Positions 1-9,942 of a DNA stretch of 53,576 nt are shown in pieces. The notes below the pieces were generated by a model that was given only the letters and a program-made list of their open reading frames with translations, was not told the DNA's origin and did no database searches. Source of the DNA: Bacilli bacterium (GTDB lineage Bacteria; Bacillota_I; Bacilli_A; RFN20; UBA1709). The stretch covers positions 1-53,576 of the forward strand of contig JAZRXY010000028.1 of NCBI GenBank assembly GCA_045600465.1. Direction: 5' to 3'. Position 1 is the first letter of the stretch. Every line of letters starts with the position of its first letter. Made by a program: the position numbers and the translations under genes.

Positions 1-84
1 TAATTAATACAAAAAGATCATATTATTTAGAACTAACAACCCATTCTTCTATAGCAGCCATTCCATATTCATAAGTCATTAAAA

Positions 85-136
85 CTGTGAAATGAAGTGT
101 GTATACCTAATTTCCCATACACATTTAATTTCACAG
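85..136. repeat. 20-bp-arm inverted repeat (hairpin)
   Basis: ctgtgaaatgaagtgtgtat (85-104) vs reverse complement of atacacatttaatttcacag (117-136): 18/20 match, 12-nt loop. Confidence 0.75.
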
Positions 137-322
137 AACCATAAAAAGTTAGGCATTTTTTAATAGTTGAGACAAAAATATTAATAACTTTGGTGAACAT
201 ATATTATTGTTTATTATAGAGACTTAATGTGTAGCTAATAAGATTTAGTGTGTAAAATATTTAAATAATGACTTATTTAGTGATATAATAATATTAAGAA
301 GTATAAAAGGAGATTTTCTTTT

Positions 323-1792
323 ATGGAAAAAATACATTTTAATCTTTGTGATAAAGAGAGTGAAACATTAGAATTCAAAAGGGCTAAAGGAGGTCTTCCT
401 AACTCATTTTTTGAAACTTATAGCAGTTTTTTAAACACTAAAGGTGGATCGATTTATATAGGAGTAAATGAATTACCTGATAAAACTATCGTTCCATCTA
501 TGCTTGCGCTAGAAGATATAGACAAGATAAAAATTGAATTATTTAACAATTTGAATAATCCGCAAAAGGTCAGCGCCAATCTTTTAAATACTAATAATGT
601 TTTAGTAAAAGAATTTAATGGATACCCTGTTTTGGAAATCAAATTAGAACCTGCACCTGTGGAGTATAAGCCGGTATTTATAAATAATAATATCTTAACA
701 GGGACATATAGAAGAAATCACGAAGGGGATTATAGATGCACGCCTTCCGAAATTAAAGCAATGCTTCGTGATGCAGAAAGCAAGTCACAAGACCTATACT
801 GCTTAGAAGAATTGGGACTTGATGTCCTTTCTAAAGATACTATTGCTACATATAAAAACAGATTATTAGCCTTAAAACCAGAACATGTTTTTGCTCAAGG
901 AGATGAGAAAGATTTTTTAGAATATTTAGGTGCTATAAGGGTGGGTAAAGATGGCAACTATCATCCTACAAGAGCTGGGTTACTTATGTTTGGATATTCT
1001 TATAAAATAGTATATGAATTTCCAGAATATTTTGTTGACTATCAAGAACATTATTCAAATGACATAAACCAAAGATGGACAGATCGAATCACTTCGGATA
1101 ACGGAGATTGGAGTGGTAACTTATATGATTTTTACTGCAAGGTATCAAAAAAATTAACATCTGATTTGAAAACACCATTCATAATCAAAGACAATGTTAG
1201 AATCGATGAAACTGAGATGCATAAAGCTGTGAGAGAGGCTTTGTGTAACGCTGTTTCTAACTCTGATTTTTATCAACCACAAGGTTTAATTGTCCATAAG
1301 TATAAGGACAAAATGGAATTTATTAATCCAGGATGTTTGAGAATGTCTGTTGAAAAAATGTTTAAAGGCGGAGATTCAAATGCTAGAAACAAAACGATTC
1401 TTAAGATGTTTAATGTTGTTGGTATTGGAGAAAGAGCTGGAAGTGGATTCCCTCAAATAGTGAGGGCTTGTATTGAATTTGGCTATAATCAACCAGTTAT
1501 ACAAGATACATTTAAACCAGATAGAACGACACTTACTGTTTTTAGTGTTAAGAAAGCTGACACTAAATATGACACTAAACAGCCAGAATTAGACACTAAA
1601 TATAGTGCTAATGAAAATAAGATCATCACTTATCTTTCTAATGTAGATGAAGTAAAAGCTAAAGATATTGCTTATTCAGTTGGTCTAAGTTTGTCAACTG
1701 TAAAGAACACCTTATATAAATTAGTGGAAGAGGGGATTGTATCATCTACTGGCACAATAAAAGACAAAAGATACTTTATCGGCAAAAAGTGA
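323..1792 (+). CDS. AlbA_2 (Schlafen-like) + RecG-C/HATPase_c_4 + C-terminal wHTH protein
   Basis: N-terminal ESETLEFK..ETYSSFLNTKGGSIYIGV; central REALCNAV..NPG..NARN..GIGERAGSG; C-terminal HTH. RBS AAGGAG; extended -10 TGaTATAAT at 281-289. Confidence 0.85.
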   Translation: MEKIHFNLCDKESETLEFKRAKGGLPNSFFETYSSFLNTKGGSIYIGVNELPDKTIVPSMLALEDIDKIKIELFNNLNNPQKVSANLLNTNNVLVKEFNGYPVLEIKLEPAPVEYKPVFINNNILTGTYRRNHEGDYRCTPSEIKAMLRDAESKSQDLYCLEELGLDVLSKDTIATYKNRLLALKPEHVFAQGDEKDFLEYLGAIRVGKDGNYHPTRAGLLMFGYSYKIVYEFPEYFVDYQEHYSNDINQRWTDRITSDNGDWSGNLYDFYCKVSKKLTSDLKTPFIIKDNVRIDETEMHKAVREALCNAVSNSDFYQPQGLIVHKYKDKMEFINPGCLRMSVEKMFKGGDSNARNKTILKMFNVVGIGERAGSGFPQIVRACIEFGYNQPVIQDTFKPDRTTLTVFSVKKADTKYDTKQPELDTKYSANENKIITYLSNVDEVKAKDIAYSVGLSLSTVKNTLYKLVEEGIVSSTGTIKDKRYFIGKK

Positions 1793-1891
1793 TTTTTAAT
1801 TAACGATTGATAGATAAAAGTGTTTTGTAGATATGTTATTGACTGCACATACCATTTTGAGGGTATGGTCTGACGAAGGTCTTACTGCAGT

Positions 1892-2197
1892 CATGTAGAG
1901 ACAGTATGTCTTTTGTCCCAACGAGAAACAAAGGATAAATTAGAGGTTAAGGTAGATAATCCAAGCATAACTAAAGCAGAAGCTAAGCCTACATATGATG
2001 ATGTAAGAGATTATGTTATGGAAATGTATGGTGTAAAGGTATCATCACTTGATATAGCTAATGCTAAGAATTTATATGGCGTTAAGGAAAGAGGAAACTA
2101 TAACATCACAAAGAATAAAGATTATAAGAAGCCTAATCTAACTGAAGAAAAGAAAAAGATGCTAAAAGAAGCATTAAAGCACTTTAAAATGATTTAG
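1892..2197 (+). pseudogene. Orphan C-terminal tail of the type found on RlmD/RumA and rumA-targeting serine recombinases
   Basis: In-frame HVETVCLLSQ upstream of the 1913 ORF, then AKPTYDDVRDYV..GVKVSSL..NYN..ALKHFKMI; no methyltransferase or recombinase body upstream. Confidence 0.75.
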
Positions 2198-2224
2198 GTA
2201 TATGACTCCATCAATAACTGGTGG

Positions 2225-2428
2225 ACACATAATGCTACAATTCCTATGCTTGGAGATGCACAAACAATAGTTTACTGTTGTAATGAAGGCGATAGAATTG
2301 TAATTAAATCCTACAAAATGGAAGATCAGTTGGGTTCAGATAATTCTATACTAGATGTAATTGCGAGTGTTACTGATGGAGGAAAAGCGTCTGTAAAAAA
2401 GAGATTTAAGAAATATAATTATTCATGA
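2225..2428 (+). pseudogene. C-terminal remnant of an ABC/SMC-type ATPase (PHP-ATPase/TrlF/Ppl-like tail)
   Basis: In-frame THNATIPMLGDAQ (H-loop-like) ... DVIASVTDGGKASVKKRFKKYN; no Walker A, 5' end missing. Confidence 0.55.
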
Positions 2429-2456
2429 TAACATGTGTTTTAAGGAGGTGAATTTA

Positions 2457-3842
2457 ATGGCAAATAACTTTTTTGATTTAGTCAGAGATGGTTTTTTTAA
2501 TCCTTTTTCTGGGTCAAACAAAAGATACAATTACGATTTATTACAATTAATAAATGGCAAAATGTCATTAGATAATCTCCAAGTAGTTAAAGAAGATATT
2601 GTTGATTGGATTGTCGATTACGTAGATAATTGTCCAATTGATATGTATAGCGATGATACAAATGAGGAAGAAAAAGATGTTAAGTCATTTGCATACGACA
2701 AAGTAAGATATTTTGTAAAGTGCGGCTGGTTAATAGAAGATTTTGAGGGAATTAAAATCACATATCAATTAGATGAAAATGGTATTAAGATTTTATCAGC
2801 GATGGAAAAAGCGGTTAAAGATGATACAAAGTCTTTGGAGTTTTCTGGATATGTTTACAATATCTACAACAATCTATACAACTATAATTACGATCACGCT
2901 GTTGATATTATTGAACAAGTATATAATGCTTCAAAAGAATTGAATTCAATGCTTAGGGGCTTGAATGTTAACATTAAGAAATTCTTAACTAAACTTATTA
3001 GTGAAAATGAAGCAATGCCTAGAGAAATCTTGCAAACAATATTCTTTGATTATCAAAAGAAAGTTGTACTTAAAGCATTTAAAAACTTTAGAGAAAAAGA
3101 CAACCCATCAAAATATAAACTTTACATAGAGAATCGTATAGATGAGTTATTAACTGAAGAAAAGCTAAACTTGATGATTAGTAATTATATAAAGGTAAAA
3201 TATGATAATTCATCAACAATTGAAAACGAAGACGAAGCAAGAGAATTCTTTGTTACAAGACTAAATTATATCAGCGAACAGTTTGAAGAAATTGAAGAAT
3301 ATATTAGTATGCTTGATGGAAAGAATACTAAATATATTTCAACTGCTCAATCAAGATTAAACTTTTTACTTAACGAAGAAACAGATATTGAAGGAAGAAT
3401 TATTGATTGCTTAAAAGAAATAGGGAAAGTTGATGATGATTTTTTTGGAGGGTCTTATCTAGATATGTATGTTGGTTCAAATATTGATGAGTATTCTTTA
3501 TATAAACCCGTTTCAAGAAAAACAAAGGTAAAACCTGAACCAATTATCGATGAATTTGAAGATGACCAAGAAGAAATAAAAAGACTTGCTGAAAACTTAT
3601 TTAAAGATAATGAGTTTTCTGTATATAAGATTAATGAATTTGTATTATCTCAACTGGGAAGTAATAATCAAATTCATGCAAAGGATATAAAATTAAAAGA
3701 ATTTAATGATTTATTAAAAGTGTTTTTAGTTAAATTATATTCTGCAAATGCTAATGTTGAGTACAGTGTAAAATATCTTGATGATGTATATAAAACATTA
3801 GGATATAAAATGAAAGATTTTATTATAGAAAGGAAGGTGTAA
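2457..3842 (+). CDS. jetA: Wadjet JetA (DUF5716-like kleisin)
   Basis: First gene of a 4-gene operon with SMC and Toprim genes; FFNPFSG N-terminal motif; RBS AAGGAGG before ATG 2457. Confidence 0.8.
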   Translation: MANNFFDLVRDGFFNPFSGSNKRYNYDLLQLINGKMSLDNLQVVKEDIVDWIVDYVDNCPIDMYSDDTNEEEKDVKSFAYDKVRYFVKCGWLIEDFEGIKITYQLDENGIKILSAMEKAVKDDTKSLEFSGYVYNIYNNLYNYNYDHAVDIIEQVYNASKELNSMLRGLNVNIKKFLTKLISENEAMPREILQTIFFDYQKKVVLKAFKNFREKDNPSKYKLYIENRIDELLTEEKLNLMISNYIKVKYDNSSTIENEDEAREFFVTRLNYISEQFEEIEEYISMLDGKNTKYISTAQSRLNFLLNEETDIEGRIIDCLKEIGKVDDDFFGGSYLDMYVGSNIDEYSLYKPVSRKTKVKPEPIIDEFEDDQEEIKRLAENLFKDNEFSVYKINEFVLSQLGSNNQIHAKDIKLKEFNDLLKVFLVKLYSANANVEYSVKYLDDVYKTLGYKMKDFIIERKV

Positions 3843-3845
3843 CAT

Positions 3846-4490
3846 ATGGCAACTATACAAAGAAATTTAGCGTGTGAAGAATATGCTAAGGGTTATATTG
3901 AATTAACTGATACAAGAAAGAACACCTTCTCAAGATTGTGTAATAAACTTTTAAACGATAATTTTATTTATGCATATAGACAAGAAGATAGAAATGATTA
4001 CTATGAAATCTTAAGTATGAAGAAACTTATTGAAAATTATTTTTCTATGATGGATTTCGATTTAGTTCATGTAGATTCATATAAGTTGTTTTATATTCAA
4101 ACTAATGCTGATAGAAATAGAATTAGATTAAAGAAATTAGATACAGTCATTGTGTTAGTATTTAGACTTTTATATCACAAAGGAAGTTTAGATATTAATT
4201 CGAGTTCTGATATTTCAACAACTCTTGGTAAGATGATTACCGAAATAAATCAAACAGGTATATTTAAATCACAACCATCTATGACAGATTACATGGAATC
4301 ATTAAGACTATTGAAGCGATATAAATTAATTGATTATAACTTCAAAGATTTTAAAGAAGATAATGTTATTGTGATTTATCCTACTATTTTATATGTAGCA
4401 AAAGTAGATAGTATTAATATGCTCAATGATAAGTTAAAGACTTATATTGCAGTAAAAGGAGATGATGAAGATGAAGTTGAAGAAGATTAA
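3846..4490 (+). CDS. jetB: Wadjet JetB (DUF4194-like kite subunit)
   Basis: 214 aa with RIRLKKLDTVIVLVFRLLY and IYPTI motifs and an acidic tail; lies between jetA and the SMC gene. Confidence 0.82.
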   Translation: MATIQRNLACEEYAKGYIELTDTRKNTFSRLCNKLLNDNFIYAYRQEDRNDYYEILSMKKLIENYFSMMDFDLVHVDSYKLFYIQTNADRNRIRLKKLDTVIVLVFRLLYHKGSLDINSSSDISTTLGKMITEINQTGIFKSQPSMTDYMESLRLLKRYKLIDYNFKDFKEDNVIVIYPTILYVAKVDSINMLNDKLKTYIAVKGDDEDEVEED

Positions 4491-7400
4491 ACTTATTAAC
4501 TGGCACATCTTTACAAATACTACTATTGAAGTTGATGGGAATATTTTAATCACAGGAGAAAATGCAAGTGGTAAATCAACATTAATGGATGCTATTTATT
4601 ATGTACTTTCAGGCGGAGATCAATACCATTTTAATAAAGCGGCTAATGAAGGTGGTCAAAGAAATCTTGAAACATACATGAGAGGGAAACTTGGATCTGA
4701 GAAGAATCCATATTTAAGACCACAAACTGATGTAGTGAGTTATGTTATATTAGAATATGAAGATGAAAAAAGAAGACATAACATGGTACTTGGGTGTGAG
4801 ATGGAAATTATTGCATCTACTCAACCAAAAAATCATTTCTTTGTAATTAATAATTACAAGATTAAAGATGATGATTTTATCAAAGAAAAGCAAATAGTTG
4901 AATACAAGTCATTTAAATCTAATGCAAAAGCTATGAAATATGATTTTGATGAACTCCCAGATTCAAAGAAAGATAGACGCAGAAGACTTGCTAAGGATAT
5001 CTTTAAATTAGATGACCACAAGAGATATTATGATTTACTTCAAAATGCAATATGTTTTAAACCTATTAGTGAAGTGTCAACTTTTGTTAATGGTTTTCTT
5101 TTAGAAGAAGATAATATCGAATTGGGTAGTTTGAGAGAAGAAATTAGATCATATCAAAATATTCATAAGATGGTTATTAGGGAAAAAGAAAAAATTGAAT
5201 CTTTAAAAGAATTTACACCTAAAGCAGAAAAATATATTTCAAATTTGGATGAACTTAAATATTTTAATGCACTAAGAATAGATTCAAAAATTGAAAAACT
5301 AAATAACCTTATTAATCGTGCCAATATAGAATTAAAACGTTTAGAAGATGAATATAATGGCTTAAAACTTGAAGAGGAATCTCTAAATAAAAATCGTGAT
5401 AGATTAAGAATAGAGATTCACCAACTTGAAAATAATGAAGCTTATAAAGCTTTGTTGAATAAAAAACAAAACCTAGAACAATTAAAGAACGAATTAGGTA
5501 TATTAAATCAAAAATTAAATGAATTTTCTGGGACTTTAGCTTCAGAGCAAAAAATAGTTAGAGCATTAGGATTAAACTTTAGATTCGATGAAGATTATAA
5601 ACAAAAAGATTTTGGCTTATTAAAGGCACATTTTGAAAATTATAATGCACAATTAAAAGAATTAGATGATAAGACACGAGGCCTGATAGCTGAGACAAAA
5701 TATTTGGTTGAGCAAAATAATAAATCAAAGAATAAAAAGGGAAAAGAATTAGACAATTTAAATAAAGGTATTAACAATTATCCTAATGATGTATATAACT
5801 TAATCGAAATAGCAAAAACAGCGATAATGGAGCATAATCCAAAAGATAAAAATCCAGAAGTAAGACCATTATGTGAATATATTGAAATCAATGATGAAAA
5901 GTGGTCAAATGCATTGGAAGGTTATTTGAACACTAGAAGATTTAACTTAATTTTTGATCCAAAGTACTATGATGTTGTAAGTGAAGCATATGATAAATAT
6001 AAAAAAGAACGTAGCGTATATGTTGCGGGTATTGTTAATGTTGCAAATATTCCGAATAATAAAACATTGAAAAACTCTTTGATGACTAAAATAGATGTAA
6101 AAAATAGATTTGCTAAGAAATATGCAAATTATCTTTTAGGTGATTTGATTTGCGTGGATGATGTTAAGGATTTAAAACAGTTTGAATCATCAATAACTCC
6201 TGGAGTAATGGTTTATAAAAACTATGTTCAAAAGGCTACAGACCCAAAAATTTATAAAGTTCCATTCATAGGCCGTGATTCTAGGAAAAAACGAATTGAA
6301 ATTTTAAATAACGAAATTAAACAATTAGATAATAGTAATTTAGAATACAACAAGAAATTATCTGATTATGATAGAATTCTTTTAACTATGAAAAATAGTT
6401 CTATTGATGACTTAATGAAATCTGAAAACTATTGGATTCAAATATCAAACAAAGAAAATTCTATAGAAAGATTAGAAACAGAAATTAAATCTGATGAAAA
6501 GAATAATGGACTTCTAAAAATAACAGGTAGAATTGATGATGCTAAAAAGAATTTAAAAATTATTGAATCTGATATTATGAGAAATGGTTCAAAGCAAAAG
6601 GAAAATAGTACAAGCCAAGGACAATTAAATCAAAAATTATTGGACAATAAAGAGCAATTACAAAACGAGCAAGATAATTATAATGAGATGCGCAAATGCT
6701 TAGTTGATGAAGTATATGAAGCACGTAAAGAAAAATATACTTCAAATGGTTGGTTAAATGATGAACAAATAAACAAAGATTATGAAAGTGTTAGACAATA
6801 TAACAATGCAGTTAATTCATCACTTATTTCTGCAATGCAAAAGTATTCAACTACTTATAAAGCTTCATTAACACCAATTATTGAAAATATCTGTGACTAT
6901 GTTAACGAATATTACGACTTAATTAATCGTGGAGTTGTTCAATATGAAATGGAAGCAAAGGAAGCTTATGAAAGAGCAGAAATTTCATTTAGAGAAGACT
7001 TTATTGCTAAATTAAAGGAAAAAATCGAAAAATCACAAAGAATGTTGGATAAAATTAATAAGAATCTAGCACTACATCCTTTTGGTAACGATGAAGAAAA
7101 ATATAAGTTCTATTATGAGCCAACCAAAGATAGTGAATTCTACAATTACTATAGAATTATTATGTCCGGTAAATTAATGGGATCAAAAAATTTATTTACA
7201 GAGATTCTTGATGAAAAAGATTATTCTTTTATGAAGGATCTATTTGGGAAAATTTCTATGGAAACTGATTCGGCGCAAGCTGCAGCAGAAGTTGAAAGAT
7301 ATTTAGATTATCGTAATTATATGAATTATGATATTAAGATTACTAATAAGTATGGTGATGAATCATATTTCTCTAAGATCAATAGAGAAAAGAGTGGTGG

Positions 7401-7692
7401 AGAAACACAAACTCCATTCTATATTGTTATGGCTTCTTGTTTCGATGAATTGATGAATAAAGATTCTAATAAAGTTGAAAGTACTTGCCAAGTAGTCTTT
7501 GATGAAGCTTTCAATAACATGGACGAAAGCAGAATCAAATCATTAATGGAATTCTATAAGAAATTGAATATTCAAATTGTCATTATTGTTCCTTCAAATA
7601 GAATAAGTGCTATTTCGCCATATATGGATACATTAGTTGGTATAACAAAAGTAAATAATCATCCTTATTTAAACGTGGTGAGTAAGCAATGA
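4462..7692 (+). CDS. jetC: Wadjet JetC SMC-like ATPase
   Basis: LINWH, Walker A GENASGKST, FNKAA, long coiled coils, signature SGGE, Walker B VVFDEAF; start may be 4465 or 4471. Confidence 0.9.
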   Translation: MMKMKLKKIKLINWHIFTNTTIEVDGNILITGENASGKSTLMDAIYYVLSGGDQYHFNKAANEGGQRNLETYMRGKLGSEKNPYLRPQTDVVSYVILEYEDEKRRHNMVLGCEMEIIASTQPKNHFFVINNYKIKDDDFIKEKQIVEYKSFKSNAKAMKYDFDELPDSKKDRRRRLAKDIFKLDDHKRYYDLLQNAICFKPISEVSTFVNGFLLEEDNIELGSLREEIRSYQNIHKMVIREKEKIESLKEFTPKAEKYISNLDELKYFNALRIDSKIEKLNNLINRANIELKRLEDEYNGLKLEEESLNKNRDRLRIEIHQLENNEAYKALLNKKQNLEQLKNELGILNQKLNEFSGTLASEQKIVRALGLNFRFDEDYKQKDFGLLKAHFENYNAQLKELDDKTRGLIAETKYLVEQNNKSKNKKGKELDNLNKGINNYPNDVYNLIEIAKTAIMEHNPKDKNPEVRPLCEYIEINDEKWSNALEGYLNTRRFNLIFDPKYYDVVSEAYDKYKKERSVYVAGIVNVANIPNNKTLKNSLMTKIDVKNRFAKKYANYLLGDLICVDDVKDLKQFESSITPGVMVYKNYVQKATDPKIYKVPFIGRDSRKKRIEILNNEIKQLDNSNLEYNKKLSDYDRILLTMKNSSIDDLMKSENYWIQISNKENSIERLETEIKSDEKNNGLLKITGRIDDAKKNLKIIESDIMRNGSKQKENSTSQGQLNQKLLDNKEQLQNEQDNYNEMRKCLVDEVYEARKEKYTSNGWLNDEQINKDYESVRQYNNAVNSSLISAMQKYSTTYKASLTPIIENICDYVNEYYDLINRGVVQYEMEAKEAYERAEISFREDFIAKLKEKIEKSQRMLDKINKNLALHPFGNDEEKYKFYYEPTKDSEFYNYYRIIMSGKLMGSKNLFTEILDEKDYSFMKDLFGKISMETDSAQAAAEVERYLDYRNYMNYDIKITNKYGDESYFSKINREKSGGETQTPFYIVMASCFDELMNKDSNKVESTCQVVFDEAFNNMDESRIKSLMEFYKKLNIQIVIIVPSNRISAISPYMDTLVGITKVNNHPYLNVVSKQ

Positions 7693-8876
7693 CAAAGAAT
7701 TTTGAAAAAAATATTTTAAATAAATTATTAGATAAATATGAAAAATCAAAGCTATCTAAAGGTGGAACAGCAATTAATAGAAGTATAAAACTTACTACAA
7801 AGGATGATGTATTAAGCTCTTATACAAGTTTTGATTCTTATAAATATTCTGATGACAATGATGCTGTAATAAAGAAACTGGAATCTCAAGGTTTTATTAA
7901 AGCTGAATTTAATAACGACACATTTAAATCGCTCACATTGAATTTGGATAACGTTGATGATGTTTATGATTATTTAAACAGAAGCAAACCTTTAGATGAA
8001 CTTGCTAAGATTAGAATGGTATTATCTAAATACTATTTTGATAATTTTATGGGATTATTCTTAGACTATGTTGAGACTTATTTGAACGAAAAATATGACT
8101 ATCCTAAGATTTATTTTAATAATGCAGATCAACTTGATTTATTATTAAATATATTTGATAAATTATTAGGATTAACTGAAGAAATTAAGAAAAGAGATTT
8201 TTCTGTTAGGTATTTAGGTGATTCTAAAATATTTGAATCAGTACAGGGAAAAGTAGTTAAGATTTTAAAAGATTTTGATGGTAACGATTATGATTCTGAT
8301 GAGGATGTTTTAGCTTCATATAATATTGTCAAAAACTCGTCATATGCTATGGTTAAGAATAATCTGGTTTTGAAGATCAATAATTCGATTATTGATTTAA
8401 ATGATTTAGGATATGAATTATCTCTTTCAGATGAAATGATTAAGAATGTAATCTTATTAGATTCACAAGTTTCAAAAGTAATCACTGTAGAGAACTTGAC
8501 AACTTTTTATTCATTAAATGATAGTGATACGGTTATTATTTATCTTGCCGGATTTCATAATCACACAAAGCAAAGTTTATTATTAAAGATATATGAAAAA
8601 TATCCTAATGCAGAATATTTACATTTCAGCGATATTGATGCTGGAGGATTCTTGATTTTTAATAATTTAATAGAGAAAACAGGCATCCCATTCAAACCGT
8701 TTAGAATGAATGTTGAAGAATTGAAATCTAACTTAAGCAACTTAAAGCATCTAACTGACAACGATGTTAAAAGGCTTAATAAAATGATGAGTGATGCTAG
8801 GTTTAATATATTCCATGAAGTTATTTCTTATATGCTTGAAAATGATGTTAAGTTAGAACAAGAACTATTGGATTAA
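7689..8876 (+). CDS. jetD: Wadjet JetD Toprim nuclease (DUF3322 + DUF2220)
   Basis: GDSKIFE, VITVENLTTF, HFSDIDAGG (DxD), C-terminal LEQE; ATGA overlap with jetC. Confidence 0.88.
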   Translation: MTKNFEKNILNKLLDKYEKSKLSKGGTAINRSIKLTTKDDVLSSYTSFDSYKYSDDNDAVIKKLESQGFIKAEFNNDTFKSLTLNLDNVDDVYDYLNRSKPLDELAKIRMVLSKYYFDNFMGLFLDYVETYLNEKYDYPKIYFNNADQLDLLLNIFDKLLGLTEEIKKRDFSVRYLGDSKIFESVQGKVVKILKDFDGNDYDSDEDVLASYNIVKNSSYAMVKNNLVLKINNSIIDLNDLGYELSLSDEMIKNVILLDSQVSKVITVENLTTFYSLNDSDTVIIYLAGFHNHTKQSLLLKIYEKYPNAEYLHFSDIDAGGFLIFNNLIEKTGIPFKPFRMNVEELKSNLSNLKHLTDNDVKRLNKMMSDARFNIFHEVISYMLENDVKLEQELLD

Positions 8877-9003
8877 ATATTCCAGTTGTTTTTTTCTAGA
8901 TACATACCCATAAGTATGAGGAACTAGATGGAAGGATAGTTTGATGATATGGTCGTTTCTTAAATACAACCATAGTTTTATATGTTTGTAGAGAAGATAC
9001 AAT

Positions 9004-9031
9004 TCATGTAGAGACTGTTGTGTTGCTATCG
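9004..9031 (+). mobile_element. Second rlmD-3'-like att motif (HVETVVLLS)
   Basis: TCATGTAGAGAC identical to 1891-1902; reads HVETVVLLSLKTIENF*; preceded in frame by a degenerate ..EELDGRIV**.. segment resembling a serine-recombinase tail. Confidence 0.65.
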
Positions 9032-9076
9032 CTAAAAACAATAGAAAATTTTTAATTAGCAAATCTAGATAGAAAG

Positions 9077-9225
9077 TGCACTAGTCAATAAAAAGAAGAC
9101 ATTATTTTGAAAATTTTAATTTATATTCGTTTGGAGTCAGGTAATTCAAGGAATAAGCAGGTCTTTCGTTGTTAAAGAAATCGACATATTTTTCAATTGT
9201 TTCATATACATTGAGTACTATCTTA
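9077..9225 (-). mobile_element. IS3-family remnant: transposase C-terminus plus right inverted repeat
   Basis: Minus strand reads ..ETIEKYVDFFNNERPAYSLNYLTPNEYKLKFSK* (stop 9102-9104), followed directly by TGTCTTCTTTTTATTGACTAGTGCA (9101-9077), an IS3-type IRR ending in CA. Confidence 0.8.
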
Positions 9226-9254
9226 ATTAATAGTGCTCTTAATAAAATCAGTAA

Positions 9255-9306
9255 TTGCTTTAAATGTATAATAGTGATATAATAAAGTTGAAAAAAGATA
9301 TTTCAA
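9255..9306 (+). promoter_or_regulatory. sigma70 promoter with downstream inverted-repeat operator for the AbiE operon
   Basis: TTGCTT(9255)-17-TATAAT(9278); TTGAAA-N7-TTTCAA at 9288-9306. Confidence 0.6.
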
Positions 9307-9324
9307 GATTGTGAGGCGATATGA

Positions 9325-9942
9325 ATGTTGATGGATTACATAAATAAGAATTATGATAAAGCCGAACCAATATTCATGTATGAACTACCATGTACATCAC
9401 AGGATGCATTAAGGCAAGAAATGAAAAAACTTACTGATGAAGGTAAGCTTATACGTCTTTATAATGGCGTTTATTATAAACCATATAAGACTATATTTGG
9501 AACAGATGGCAAGATGTCTATTAACAAGTTCATCGAAAAGAGATACTTGTATGAAGCTGATGAAAGTATTGGCTTTGTATCTGGTATATCAATGTATAAC
9601 AAGTATGGTTTTACTACGCAAATACCATCAATTATTGAAGTAGTAACTAATACCGCTACAACAAAGCAAAGAAAAGTTGAAATTGATGGATATGGCATCA
9701 TTGTATATAAACCTGCAATTAATATAACAAAAGAAAATATCAACGAAATTGAATTCTTAACTATGATGACTGATATTGATAAGTATAGTGAACTAAGCCT
9801 AGATGAATTAAAATCCAAACTTAAACAATATGTCGAGAAGAAAAAAATAAAATTCAATTTAATTAAGGAATATTTACCTTTATTTCCAGATAAGGTCTAT
9901 AAGAACATTTATAATGGAGGGCTGATGAATGAGCTAGTATAA
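9325..9942 (+). CDS. Type IV TA antitoxin, AbiEi/DUF6088-like
   Basis: N-terminal wHTH (LRQEMKKL..GKLIRLYNGVYY), GFTTQIP motif; overlaps the start of the AbiEii-like gene. Confidence 0.8.
   Translation: MLMDYINKNYDKAEPIFMYELPCTSQDALRQEMKKLTDEGKLIRLYNGVYYKPYKTIFGTDGKMSINKFIEKRYLYEADESIGFVSGISMYNKYGFTTQIPSIIEVVTNTATTKQRKVEIDGYGIIVYKPAINITKENINEIEFLTMMTDIDKYSELSLDELKSKLKQYVEKKKIKFNLIKEYLPLFPDKVYKNIYNGGLMNELV

Noticed and set aside
1913-2197. ORF as a functional rlmD methyltransferase
   Set aside because: Only the terminal motif and tail are present; no SAM-binding domain; an in-frame stop lies upstream at 1871
4462-7692. Housekeeping SMC/SbcC/MukB
   Set aside because: Flanked by JetA/JetB-like genes and a Toprim JetD inside an accessory island
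8865-9062. Minus-strand 65-aa ORF
   Set aside because: No recognisable motif; the region is better explained by the plus-strand att/recombinase-tail remnant
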